64,000 nucleotides of DNA from Octopus vulgaris (GCA_951406725.2 OX597835.1:30876001-30940000); one strand, 5' to 3'. Shown: positions 31,116 to 45,757, counted from the stretch's first letter. Numbers and translations are program-made. The notes: generated from the sequence alone by a model not told the origin.

Positions 31116-31336
31116 TGCTATTTATTATTCTTTTATACGGACGAACACTGAAGTAAATGGAAACGTGTTGTCCGTGCGCGTGTTTAGATAGAGATTATGT
31201 ATGTGTATGTGGAATGTGTGTGTGTCTGTGTGTGTGTGTGTAGTATGGGTACATAGGTGCGAACGCATACACTTATATTTTTTCTCTTTTTCTCTGTTTC
31301 TTCCTGTATGTGCGTGTGCGTATGTGTGCACGTGTC

Positions 31337-31392
<56 letters not shown>

Positions 31393-31400
31393 TTTATTCA

Positions 31401-31757
31401 TTTACTTGTTTCAGTCATTTGACTGTGGCCATGCTGGAGCACCGCCTTTAATCGAGGAAATCGAACCCGGGACTTATTCTTTGTAAGCCTAGTACTTATT
31501 CTATCAGTCTCTTTTGCCGAACCGCTACGTAACGGGGACGTAAACACACCAGCATCGGTTGTCAAGCGATGTTGGGGGAGGGGGGCAAACACAACACACA
31601 AACATACACATATATATATACATATATACGACGGGCTTCTTTCAATTTCCGTCTACCAAATCCTCTCACAAGGCTTTCGTCGGCCTGAGACTATAGTAGA
31701 AGACACTTGCCCAATGTGCCACGCAGTTGGACTGAACTCGGAACCATGTGGTTCGTA
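31401..31757 (-). mobile_element. SINE family 1
   Basis: Colinear with other copies. Confidence 0.9.
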
Positions 31758-32409
31758 GTCTATGTATAGGTATGTATACCTCGTTGTCGTCATCTTCTTT
31801 ATCATATTAGTTTTATAATGCAACTAAAATATATGTAAAAATGGCGGTTCTGAAAATATTTTCGCTTTTGTATGAAGGGGAACAGAAAATGTATTTATAT
31901 TCTTTTAAAATGTTTCAGCATTAAAGTTGCCATCATGCTGGGGACATCACCATTGTTGACTGTTTTTCGTTTTTTACCAGAAATGAATGTATGAGACTCT
32001 GCATAATCGATGTCCAGCGGATATAAATATGTTTGATCACCTTAGACTATATGCTCGATGTTTTCCCCCACTGTGCCATTGCACGTTGGTTCGTTGGTGT
32101 GACAACAAATACTGAAATGTGTTACAAGGATATTCACAAACATTGGATGTATACTTTACGAGCAGCAATGGCACAAAGCACAAATTGACACTCGCTGCTT
32201 GATAATAAATATAATACACGTTTGATTATATTTAATAAGATGATGATTGTTAGAAGCTATAGGAGCAGCTTATCATCTCATTCAGGGCGTAGAAATGTGC
32301 CTGGGGATAGGGAGCCATATTTTCTGAAGTTTGAAATATGTGTCGTCTGCCCCAGAATTTCCTGGGTCAAAACATAATTTGTGTCCATCTCTTAAGTGAA
32401 CTACCAGTT

Positions 32410-32890
32410 GCTTCTTCTTCTTCTTCTTCTTCTTCTTCTTCTTCTTCTTCTTCTTCTTCTTCTTCTTCTTCTTCTTCTTCTTCTTCTTCTTCTACTACTA
32501 CTACTACTACTACTCCTCCACCTCCTCCTCCTTCTTTTTCTTCTACTTTTTCTTCTTCTTTTTCTTCTTCTTCTTTTTCTTCTTCTTCTTCTTCTTCTTC
32601 TTCTACTACTCCTCCTCCACCTCCTCCTCCTCCATTTTCTTCTTCTTCTACTTCTACTTCTTCTTCTTCTTCTTCTTCTTTTTCATCTTCTTTTTCTTCT
32701 TCTTCTTCTTCATCTTCTTCTTCTTCTTCTTCTTCTCTTCTTCTACTACTACTACTACTCCACCTCCTCCTCCTCCTTTTTCTTCTTCTTCTACTTCTTC
32801 TTCTTCCTCTTCTTCTTCTACTACTACTACTACTCCACCTCCTCCTCCTCCTTTTTCTTCTTCTTCTTCTTCTTCTTCTTCTTCTTCTTC
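32410..32890. repeat. Compound (CTT/CTA/CCT)n microsatellite with internal block duplications
   Basis: ctactactactcc(tcc)acctcctcctcc block recurs four times. Confidence 0.9.
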
Positions 32891-33310
32891 TAATCTCTAA
32901 CTCGAGCCTACTCTAGGCTACTAAGAATGCGTGTGGCAACTTGAAGATCCACCCACCACACGCGATAGATTGGCGGTTGGTAACTGCGCGAAAGCCACGT
33001 AGTTACCTTCATTCCGTAAACGGTGGCTTTTAACGGTTGGAGAGCTGAACCATCCTGGGGTACAGACGATTCGCAGTCTAGACTAGGATCTGAAAGTTTA
33101 CCACACCATAGTGTGTTACACCATGGTTCCTCTGCTTTGTGGCAGAAGTAGGAAGAAACAGTGATATAAAGTCGTGGTGAATGCGTACAGCGAGGTTCCC
33201 CACACAACCCCGCCGGAGTCTCGTGGAGCTTAGGTGTTTTTGCTCAATAAACAGTCACAATGCCCGGTCTGGGAATCCGCTGCCCTAACCACTGGGCCAT
33301 TGCGCCTCCA
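32891..33310 (-). mobile_element. SINE family 3, head with B-box region deletion, tail type C
   Basis: 33205-33310 matches the SINE3 head; 32891-33150 matches neither of the other tails. Confidence 0.7.
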
Positions 33311-33680
33311 CGTCAGTTGTTGCTGGACTGGACGCCGTCGTTTATAAAAAACGAGGCGAAATAGTCCAAATCTAGACACAGTGTGCTTTCACGAAATCAA
33401 GAATGCATTGAAGCAAATGGCTTACAATTTGAACATTAATCATAACTGTAGTAAATTAAATTGATTGCCTGTAATTGTTACAATATTTTCTGATGTAATA
33501 CATTTTCTGAAGATCTTTTTAGCCTAATCATGATGTTTATTAGAACTACCAATAAATTTATAGTAACTTTACGGACAACCTGTACGTGTGTGTGCGTGTG
33601 TGCGCGCGTGTGTATGTGCACGCGCGTGTGTGTGTGTGTGCGCGTGTGCGTGTGCGAGTGTGTATATATATATATATATA

Positions 33681-34786
33681 GGTAAACGTTAAAAAAACAC
33701 AAACTGGGACAAGAACGTGAAACATTTTGAAGACGGCAAAAAAACACACAGAAGCTCTCAGTCATCAGTCAAGAACCAGATCATCTTCGCAATTTCGGCT
33801 GATTAATCTTGAGATTGCTCCAATCTGGGCAGCCAACCAAGGGAAATCTAAGCCAATCGCATTAGATTCCTTGGAAGAAAACCTCGAAAGTATACAACAC
33901 GGTGACGGAAAAACGGACGATGTTACTCGAAAAAAATTCAAAAGTACGTAAAAACAATAAAGAAAGCACGGATAAAAATACAAAATAACGTAAAAACAAT
34001 CATAACAAAACCAGGACGTCAGGACAAGCGTCTTTCGACAGGACGAGTTGAGTATAGGGCTGGCTGTGGTAAAAATGCCTGAAGGCAAACGGAGCACAAA
34101 CACATACGTGTGGTCAAGCCAACTACTTGATGCGAAAGGCAGTAGTAGCTAGCTGGTCACGTGAGCACAAAAAGGAGGAAGGGACAGATGAAGAGAGAAG
34201 CAGGAGAGGGAAAGGGACAGGTCAAGTGGGGTATAAGGTCTGAGAGGCAGAGAAATGTGGGAGAGGAGGGACGGAGGAAGAGAGAAAGAAAGAAGGGGAA
34301 CAAGGGAGGAGAAGAAAAAGAGGGAAAGTGACAGAAGGGGAGTGAAAAGGGTGAAGGCAGAGAAAAGTAGGAGAGGGGGAAAAAGAGACAGAGTAGTCGA
34401 GTCGTACCAATGTTAGAGAGTAATATACTTACAGTATAGGGTTAAAGGGTAGGGTACGTAGCCGCCATGTATATAGGTAAACGTTAAAAAAACACAAACT
34501 GGGACAAGAACGTGAAACATTTTGAAGACGGCAAAAAAACACACAGAAGCTCTCAGTCATCAGTCAAGAACCAGATCATCTTCGCAATTTCGGCTGATTA
34601 ATCTTGAGATTGCTCCAATCTGGGCAGCCAACCAAGGGAAATCTAAGCCAATCGCATTAGATTCCTTGGAAGAAAACCTCGAAAGTATACAACACGGTGA
34701 CGGAAAAACGGACGATGTTACTCGAAAAAAAATTCAAAAGTACGTAAAAACAATAAAGAAAGCACGGATAAAAAGACAAAATAACG

Positions 34787-34789
<3 letters not shown>
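33681..34789 (-). mobile_element. Partial-tandem element (795-bp period, 313/314-bp direct repeat), Penelope pLTR-like architecture
   Basis: 33681-33993 and 34476-34789 differ by 1 indel and 1 substitution by eye; (TA)n on both flanks. Confidence 0.75.
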
Positions 34790-34844
<55 letters not shown>

Positions 34845-35494
34845 GTATATATATATGTGTATATTTATATTATATATATATATATATATATATACATAAA
34901 TATATATATATATATATTTATATATACATATATATGTGTGCGCGTGTGTGTGTGCGAGAGTATATATATATATATATATATATATACATACATATATATA
35001 TATATATGAGAGAGAAATAGATGTACACAGACAATTATATATATATATGTGTGAATATTTATATACATACATATATATCTAAACACAGACACACATATAT
35101 ATGTCGATACACACATAGATACCCATTTAGACATTTGTGTATATTTATATCAGAATGCGTGTGATTTTTGTGTACGTGTGTGTGTGTGTATATGCGTTAT
35201 GTGCGTGTGTGTGCACGTGTGTGCACGTGTGTGTGTGTGTGCGTTTGTGCGAATGGCGCCAAATGTTATATCTTCACATCGTGAAATGGCGTTACTCATT
35301 GTCACTTGCCACGAAAGGCCACCATTTCGTCAATAATCTGATGAGGTTAAAAGATGCAGTTATCTGATGCTGCACTCAATATAGAGAGAAAAATAACTTT
35401 CGGAACCGGCTATTGATTGGCATGCAATCGCCTTTCTACACATACATGTATAACTACATATATGTATATTTATATACATACACAAGTATATACC

Positions 35495-35550
<56 letters not shown>

Positions 35551-35579
35551 GATGCGCTTATGTGTGTACGTGTGTGTAC

Positions 35580-35610
<31 letters not shown>

Positions 35611-35692
35611 AATAGAAATATATATACGTATATAGATATACATATTTGTATATATATTTATATATATATGTACATATATCTATATATCTCTC

Positions 35693-35732
<40 letters not shown>

Positions 35733-36118
35733 CGTATGTATATATATATATATATACGTATGTATATATATATATACATACACACATATGTATATATATG
35801 TATACATACATATATATATATATATATATTATAATACACACACACATATATCTTATATCTTTGTATGCGTGCATTCGTGTACGTATGTGCGTGTATGTCT
35901 ATGTATGCGTATGTGTATCCGTGTGTCTGTGTTCTCCGTGCGTTTGTTTGCTTGTGTGTGTGTGTGCGTGTTTGTATGTGTGTGTGCGTGTGTTTGTGTG
36001 TACTCCACCCCATTTATATATCATTTATATTTTTATAGCAAACGGATTATTATGTCTAAATGTGATGAAAACATTTCCTACATAGATTTAATCTAAATTT
36101 AAACAACAACAACAACAA

Positions 36119-36154
<36 letters not shown>

Positions 36155-36673
36155 CCAACAACAACCAACAACAGCAGCAGCAGCAGCGAAAGCAGCAGTA
36201 CTTAAAATAACCACAAATATACTTCCTGCTCACTCATTGAATCCAAAATGGCGTTTAACATTGGCGCTAATCCAATAGTATTGTGTTAGTATTCCGGTGA
36301 TTAACATCAGAATATGACTTAGTCAACCCACCCTCTCTATGACAGCTTATTGTTGTTTATTTCTTTGGTCCTTCATCTGCTCAAACCCCGTTTTCCGGAA
36401 ATTTTTAGTACACATATTACTCATATTAGACTTATATATAATTGCACGTATGACAATTATAAGGTGGGTAACATCCTTGCAGCTATATCAGACACGACTG
36501 TGTTTCAGGGATTGATGCTAGTTTGTGGGCCCATTTGAAACCCGTGGTCTCCGAAATGCATTAACTTTAAAGGGTTCAGCATATAAGTATAATTTATGAA
36601 AGCCAAACGAAATAAAATGTAAAGTTAATGAAAATATAAACTAAGTATTTGTATATATATATATATATATATA

Positions 36674-37253
36674 TAATAGAAATATTAAAATTACTAAGTC
36701 TCTCTAAAAGAGAACAGCTGCAGCGTTCCCGGAAAATAATAGTTATCGCCATACTAATATGGCATTCTTATAAAAATAAGAAAAAAGCTGTCCGCTTATT
36801 AGCTCCATGAGGCCATCGCCTTAAGTTAGCTATTTGATACACAAACTGTATCCATATAACCTTCGAACAAGGGAGGTCAGTCGCTCCACACTACTTGACC
36901 GGCAGCTACAGACGCGTTTCGGGGTATTGCCCCTTTTCAATGCAGCGTAGCCAGCCAGTAGGTGTCGCTTCCGACAATCTCTGTTCGATGGTTTTATTTA
37001 CCTACTTTCGGTGGAATATATCCACTTGTTTTCAATAATAGAAATATTAAAATTACTAAGTCTCTCTAAAAGAGAACAGCTGCAGCGTTCCCGGAAAATA
37101 ATAGTTATCGCCATACTAATACTTGTTCGAAGGTTATATGGATACAGTTTGTGTATCAAATAGCTAACTTAAGGCGATGGCCTCATGGAGCTAATAAGCG
37201 GACAGCTTTTTTCTTATTTTTTTATAAGAATGCCACATTAGTATGGCGATAAC

Positions 37254-37258
<5 letters not shown>
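36674..37258 (-). mobile_element. HHR-bearing element: 362-bp unit, 86-bp direct repeat and 137-bp inverted segment, within (TA)n
   Basis: 36674-36759 equals 37036-37121; 37122-37258 is the reverse complement of 36737-36871. Confidence 0.85.
36905..36946 (-). ncRNA. Minimal type I hammerhead ribozyme, U3-A8 variant
   Basis: GCUGCA-UUGAAAA-GGGG CAAUA CCCC-GAAA CGCG UC-UGUAGC; palindromic stem III ACGCGU; GUC cleavage triplet. Confidence 0.8.
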
Positions 37259-37296
<38 letters not shown>

Positions 37297-37305
37297 TATA
37301 TACAT

Positions 37306-37346
<41 letters not shown>

Positions 37347-37347
<1 letters not shown>

Positions 37348-37860
37348 GGGATGGGTAAATTGTCACCATCCTATATTTTCAATTTTGCGCATGCGCATTG
37401 CTTGTTTTTAAAAGGGTCAGTTGGGCACCGTCTGTGCGAAAAACAACACAATGACACAATTAATTCTGCCAGAAAGCTGGAAACGACATTCTGTGCTGCT
37501 TGGCATTCGCACCGAAAGCTCCAATACGAACATTTCAGAGTGTTTGGGTGTCAATCGGAGGAGAGTACAGTGGATTTAGAAAGAATTAGATGTGTATGAT
37601 GAGGATTACGAAGGTAGACCATCTCAGGAAACTCACGCTGATCGTTCTTATTAGAAAAGAACTCCTGAATTTGTTGGTGTAATCCAGGCCATGATTGGCA
37701 GTGATCCTTCCAGGTCAATCAGGTCAATCGCCAGGGAAATGGGAGAGCCTGAATTTCTTATCAGGCAAGTTGAGAAAGGGTCAACTTTTATCCCAAGCCA
37801 TCAAGGAAAAGTGGTAAACTGCGCTACAAATCTTTTCAACAAACTCAAGCATCCCCGAAA
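37347..37860 (+). pseudogene. 5' fragment of a Tc1/mariner (maT/DD37D-like) transposon, decayed N-terminal HTH region
   Basis: From ATG 37451: MTQLILPESWKRHSVLLG..ISECLGVNRRRVQWI*...KRTPEFVGVIQAMIGSDPSRSIRSIAREMG; two in-frame stops; starts after TA. Confidence 0.7.
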
Positions 37861-37905
37861 CAACACGTATTCTCTCTTAATGGCCTCCTCCACTTGCTGG
37901 CTCGA

Positions 37906-38092
37906 CTGTTTCAGTCATTTTGACTGCAGCCATGCTGGAGCACCGCCTTTAATCGAGCAAATCGACCCCGGGGCTTATTCTTTGTAAGCCCAGTACTAAT
38001 TCTATCGGTCTCTTTTGCCGAACCGCTAGGTGACGGGGACATAAACACACCAGCATCGGGGGACAAACACACACACACAAACACACACACGC

Positions 38093-38184
<92 letters not shown>

Positions 38185-38346
38185 GACGGGCTTCTTTCAG
38201 TTTCCGTCTACCAAATTCATTCACAAGGCTTTGGTCGGCCCGAGGCTATAGTAGAAGACACTTGGCCAAGGTGCCACGCAGTGGGACTGAACCTGGAACC
38301 ATGTGGTTGGTAAGCAATCTACTTACCACACAGCCACTCCTGTGCC
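37906..38346 (-). mobile_element. SINE family 1
   Basis: Complete head ...accacacagccactcctgtgcc; expanded internal (TA)n. Confidence 0.9.
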
Positions 38347-38380
38347 TGTATATTTATTTATATATATATTTATATATATT

Positions 38381-38610
38381 TATTTCTTTATTGCCCACAC
38401 GAGGCTAAACATAGAGGGGACAAACAAGGACAGACATAAAGGATCAAGTTGATAACATCGACTCCAGTGCGTAACTGGTACTTATTTAATGGACCAGAAA
38501 GGATGAAAGCAAAATCGACCTCGGCGGAATTTGAACTCAGAACGCAGCGGCAGACGAAATACGGCTACGCGCTTCGCCCGGCGTGCTAACGTTTCTTCCA
38601 GCTCGCCGCC
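38381..38610 (-). mobile_element. SINE family 2, full length
   Basis: Colinear with 18247-18474. Confidence 0.9.
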
Positions 38611-39439
38611 CTTTCTTTTTTATCTATATTAAAATCTCCCGGAAAACCTATTTGGTTAAAGACCCTTTAATTGTATTAAACCAACTGTACTGTTGGGAGT
38701 AACACATTTTTGAAATCTTAAAACGAGTAAAGCGGTAGACGTTTGGAGAAATCCCTTATTATTCCCCCAACCCACACGCCGAGTGAGAAGTATGTATCGA
38801 GGATATTTCATATATTTATTGGATAAATATGAGTTTATGTGCATGCACGCGTGTGTACGTGTGTGTGTGTGTGTTTGTGTGTTACTGGGACATTATTGGT
38901 GATGGAGATTGTGAAATGTATTGACTACTATCCATACCCCTCATCAACCTTTCTAGATTCTCTAATTTTGAAAGGGTTCCAACGTTGGGAACCCTTTTCA
39001 CCTTTTCAGTTAAAACTATCAACAGCCTATAAAACAGATACCAAGATCTGACAACAAGGAGCTATCAACATGTAAATGTTACGTGAGTGTACGTGTATAT
39101 CATTAGAACAAGAAATTCGTCAGTGGGGTACGGTGGTATGAAATCCGGGTCGAGTGGTCAGGGGTTCAAATGCTTACATTTTCTATCCACATCGTATTCT
39201 AATATCAGATAACCATCTTAAAAGCAAAATGCTCTAAAGTCATTTCTACATTGACTTCAGTAAGAATATGCGACGTACTATACACACGCAGGGACACACA
39301 GACACACTCACACACACACAAAAACACACACACACATACACACCCCCACACACACATACACACACACAAACGCGCACTGACACAGACACACAAACCAGTT
39401 TGTATTCGTAGTCACACACTCATAAATATGTATGTATGA

Positions 39440-39476
<37 letters not shown>

Positions 39477-39607
39477 TAGATACACATCTGTGTATTTATG
39501 TTATATATGTATATATGTGTGTATATACTACTCATATGCATATGTATGTACGTATCTGAAATTGCGAAACGCATATAAGTAATTATACTTGTATGCACGC
39601 ATACGCA

Positions 39608-39651
<44 letters not shown>

Positions 39652-39840
39652 TACATACATACATACATACATACATACATACATACAACATACATACATA
39701 TATACATACATATATTTATATATATGTGTACATATAACATGTACATACATATACACACACATGTATATATATATACACACACACAATCATAGAGCATAAC
39801 TTAATGCATGCTTTGCGTGCGTATACATTTGTGTGTTTTG

Positions 39841-39890
<50 letters not shown>

Positions 39891-40303
39891 TCTGTATTAA
39901 TGGGTGTCTAAATTCGTGCGTGTTTGAACGTGTGTGTATGTGTGCGTATGTGATTGAATGTATATATGTGTGTCTGTCTGTGTGTGTATGTTTCTGCGTG
40001 TGTATAGTTCAAGCGATGGTGTAGAAAGACGTGTTGAAATCTTTCTGATCGACACAAGTTCACAGATGTGTTAAATCGGTGTCCATTTCTCTCTGCTCAC
40101 ATCAGATATCGCCTTCTCTCTAGCGAAGTTTATGAAGCACACCCCAACCCACCAACACACATACACACACCTGATTCTATACATGTATACCAAACTCTAT
40201 ATGTATATACATTTATATCTATATACGTCTATGGATGTATGTGTACATAAACATAAACGTGTATGCATGCACGTATATGCGTACGCACGCATATGCGTAC
40301 GCA

Positions 40304-40337
<34 letters not shown>

Positions 40338-40535
40338 CTATATATCATATAAGTATATTTATACATACATGTATTAAAGCATAATTATCATTAAAAATAT
40401 ATATATATATACTTAAATACATGCATATATGTATAAATATATTAATGTAAGTACGTATGTATATACATATATATATATACATATATATATATATGCATAT
40501 AGATACAAACGCATATATCTGTGCGCGTGTGTATA

Positions 40536-40590
<55 letters not shown>

Positions 40591-40910
40591 GTATATATAT
40601 ACACGCACACACATATACGCTCTTTGCATATACGCACATATGTATATGCGTGTGTCCTCCAGTCTAAACATATATGTGTGCATGTGTGTGTGTGTGTGTG
40701 TGTATGCAGTCAGTAAGCAACGTAAGAGAGAAACGAAGGAAATCATTTATAATACCCTGATTTATGAAGCAAAGACCTTGTCAACGCAGATACGAAACAA
40801 CCCTTCACTGATGACAGCTTTACTCAGTTTTTGCCTATATTTAGCTCTCGCTTAGTTTTATCTCCCACCGCGTTAATATGCTGTCGGCTGTCGCAGTGGT
40901 AACATTATTA

Positions 40911-40974
<64 letters not shown>

Positions 40975-40975
<1 letters not shown>

Positions 40976-41410
40976 TGGTTTTATTTTTATAGCGTGCGTG
41001 GCTTGGATATGTGCTGTGTTTTGTTGTGATGCTCTGACGGTTACTGTATTGAAAGTGTTCTGCGTAGGATGTGTGTAGTGCCTAGTAGTGCGATTTTCTG
41101 TATGTTTATATGTGTTTGTAAGTCCTGGTATTTTTGTTATGTATTTGAATATTTTTTTATCAGGCCTAAGGCACCTGCTATGATAGGAATTGTTTTTGTG
41201 TTTAGATTCCACATTCTGGTTACCTCTATTTCCAGGTCTTTGTATTTTGAAAGTTTCTCCATTTCTTTTAGAGATACGCTGTCATCTGCTGGTATTGATA
41301 CATCAATTAGAAAGTATTTTTTTTCTTCATCATCTCTGACAACTATATCTGGTTTGTTGGCCTTAATTTCTCTATCTGTGTGTATTGGCATATCCCAGAG
41401 TATGGTTGTT
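40975..41410 (-). mobile_element. RLE-domain 3' fragment of an R4/Dong-like LINE, family C
   Basis: ORF 41137-41391 KPDIVV..IDVSIPAD..EKLSKYKDL..W..PIIAGALG (PD..D..K nuclease motif); (ATT)n on both sides. Confidence 0.9.
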
Positions 41411-41412
41411 TT

Positions 41413-41528
<116 letters not shown>

Positions 41529-41982
41529 TATTATTATTAAGTCGTCTTTACAGTGATGATATGCCAGTTATTAAGGAATAGTGTAAAACGTGATGTTTCT
41601 CTTATTGTAACAATGATAGTCGTCCATGTTGTTGTGGCTGTTGCTGTTATTGCCAATGGTTTTGTTGAGGTTTTATTTGTTATTATTGCCGTAGTTTTTC
41701 TTTTAATTTATATTTTTATTGCTGTTGTAGTTGTTATTCAGTTCCAGTTCAACCCCAATCAAGGATATCTAACAATCAAGGATATCTAACATCACAGGCG
41801 TTCCTGCTATGGCCATCGCTCTTCTTTTTGGTTCATGTTGCTCTATCTAGAATATCTTGTTTATAATATAGTACATTGTGATATGAGGAAAATTTGGTTG
41901 TTATTTCTAGCTTGTAGAATGACTTCACAAATGCATTCTGATTATTTGATTTGTTGTAGATAATGATGATATTGTTGTTCTT

Positions 41983-42715
41983 TGGTAGAACCGGCAGCAC
42001 GCCGGGCGAAATGCTTTGCGGCAATTCGTCTGCTGGTATGTTCTGAGTTCAAATTCCGCCGAGGTCGACTTTGCCTTTCATCGTTTCGGGATCGATTAAA
42101 TAAGTACCAGTTACGCACTGGGGTCGATATAATCGACTTAATCCGTTTGTCAGTCCTTGTTTGTCCTCTCTGTGTTTAGCTCCTTGTGGGTAGTAAAGAA
42201 ATAGGTATTTCGTCTGTCCTTACGTTCTGAGTTCAAATTCCGCTGAGGTCGACTTTGACTTTCATCGTTTCGGGGTCGATTAAATAAGTACCAGTTACGC
42301 ACTGGGGTCGATATGATCGACTTAATCCGTTTGTCAGTCCTTGTTTGTCCTCTCTGTGTTTAGCTCCTTGTGGGTAGTAAAGAAATAGGTATTTCGTTGG
42401 GCACTACACTTTGAGTTCAAATTCCGCTGAGGTCGACTTTGCCTTTCTTCTTTTCGATGCCGATAGATTAAGTACCTGTTTATCACTGATGTCGATGTAA
42501 TTGTATTAGCCGAAATTGCTGGCCTTGAATCAAAATTTGATATCAATATTAGTTCCATAGGCAAGGCCGAAAGCTGGTAGAATCGTAACAGCGCCAGGAA
42601 AAATGCTTCGCGGCATTTCGTTCGTCTTTACGTTCTAAGTTCAATTACCGCCGAAGTCAATTTTGCCTTATATCCTTTCGGGGTCGACATTGTGTCGAAA
42701 TTTAAAACCAAAATT
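41983..42715 (+). mobile_element. Tandem cluster of SINE family 2 (184-bp period) plus one further copy
   Basis: Units restart at 42204 and 42388 with ggtatttcgt; another head at about 42563. Confidence 0.85.
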
Positions 42716-43757
42716 AAATGCAGAGGCCCAGGTATGTCTTTCTGTTCATGAAGTTCACGACTCTTACTAGGAATAGCAAGAAGTCCAGAGACAAGGAAGG
42801 TGCCACATCTCCGGTTCAGTACAGCAACGGCTTTTATATACGAGTTAATCATTTCATACAGGGATATCCTAACAAACATCGGGTGTCTTTTACGCTCAGT
42901 GAGGCTATCGTGCCTCCTACGCTTCGTTGCTCAACCTTTGTACATGCATACATGCCTGTGTACATACATACTTGCATGCATGCATAGGGACCTGCATACA
43001 TAACATGCATACACACATACATGCATAGATACATACATACATACATATAAATATATGCACGCATACATACATGCCTACATACAAACAGACATTCCTACAT
43101 ACATACGTGCACATGCATATATACATAAATAAATTCATGTATACCTACAAATATATGCATACATACCTATATATATACATAAATACATACATACATACAT
43201 ACATACATACATACATACATGCATTCATGTATGCTTATATACATGCCTGCATGCATCGACAGCCCAACCAACTCATCGTCACTTATTTACAAACACAGTG
43301 AAGTATCTTAATTTGAAACATCTCCCAAGAAGTTGTATAAACTCTCTGAAAAACTTCAAAAAAACTACTACTAGCAGAAGGAAAAATCAAGAAATGGATG
43401 AACAGATTTTCAGTAAACTCGAGATATCTGTATTTCAGATTATACACTGTCTTGAGCATGCGCACAAAGAAGCACAGTGCAGTGTTGTGCGCATGACAAA
43501 ATATTCAAAGGCGATAGCTTTCTTTTCAGATTGGAACAGACACGCATGTGACGTCGAGAAATAAATTGGGGACTCTACCCATAAATCCGATAATTAATTC
43601 AGTAATGAACTGGGATTCTTGCAAAGTCTCTTTATATATGGATATTAAATTAGAGTTGCATGCTAGAAAATGGGGCAACGACTGGTGGGAGGGGGAAGAA
43701 ATTGTGGTCGAGGGAGGAAGAGAGAGAGAGAGGGACAGTGAGAGAGAGAGAGAAAGG

Positions 43758-43797
<40 letters not shown>

Positions 43798-43859
43798 AGT
43801 GTGTTTGTGAATGTCGGTGTGTTTATGTGTGAGTGTAAAATGAGAATTCTTACCCACAG

Positions 43860-44420
<561 letters not shown>

Positions 44421-45070
44421 TTAACTATAAATCTATATATCTATATATCAATCTATGTCTTTAACCCATATTTTACACTCGAATGTTCAATAATAATTAC
44501 AACAACAACACACAAAGGAGAGACATCAGCCAAAAGAAAAGAGAGAGAGAGAGAGGGAGAGGGGGCGAGAGAGGGAGAGGGGGGCGAGAGAGTGAGTATC
44601 ACCAATAACAACAACATTATCATGCTCACCATGAACATGATTCTCATCAACAACAAAAACAACATCAACAGCGACCCCTATGTCATTAAATTTGTTTGTT
44701 CAGGGCTTTTATCGTCAAACAAAAATGCTAATAAATAGACTAGCCAATAAAAACACTACTCCGACCACACCTCTCACTCACCCAACAAACTGCCGGCTTT
44801 CTCTTGAAATTAATTCCCTAACTCCACCTCCATCACCTTCTCTCTTTCTCTCTACCTCTTTCACTCTGTCTCCCTATATATATGTGTAGTGGTGGTGGTG
44901 GTGGTGGGAATGTGTGTGTATGTATGTATGTATGTGTGAGAGTGTCTGCGGTAAATATGAGCGTGCATATACATACACTGACACAAACGCGAATACGCAC
45001 TGTTTTTTTGGCCTTTCACTGCCTTAATCATTAATGGATTATCTCCCTTGGTTCAATTCGCTCTCTCTCA

Positions 45071-45173
<103 letters not shown>

Positions 45174-45390
45174 ACTCACTCTCTGTCTGTGTTTCTCTTT
45201 CGCTTCATGACTTCCAAAACTGGTTTTTTTTCCTTTCACACGCAAAATACACAAAACACATATTGTACTCTCTTCACCTACCGGACTGTCGCAACCCCTC
45301 TCTTTCTCTGACTGTCTTGTTCTCTTTTTCTTTGTTTTCTCTTTTTTTCTTTCTCCCCTCTCACTCCCCTCACTCTCCTCTCTCTCTGTT

Positions 45391-45442
<52 letters not shown>

Positions 45443-45476
45443 ACTATCTATCTGTCTGTCTGTCTGCCTGTCTATC

Positions 45477-45507
<31 letters not shown>

Positions 45508-45602
45508 CTATCTATCCCTCCTTTACTCACACTGTACCCTTTTCACGCTCTCTCTCTCTCTCTCTTCTTTCTCGCATACACACTTTTTCCACCTGCAGAG
45601 CA

Positions 45603-45647
<45 letters not shown>

Positions 45648-45757
45648 ACACACAAAGCCATATGCACAAAGCAAACACTTAGAGATGCATTAATACGTAA
45701 ACATGGTGTTGTCCACTTCTGCACAACTCATACATACACACGCGCGCACGCACACAG

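Noticed and set aside
33727-34899. Duplicated gene MKTAKKHTEALSHQ
   Set aside because: The ORFs are by-products of the 313-bp direct repeat, start at TTG, differ by a frameshift, and one runs into (TA)n
41756-41791. 17-bp direct repeat caatcaaggatatctaa as an excision footprint or TSD
   Set aside because: An adjacent duplication with nothing between; simple slippage explains it
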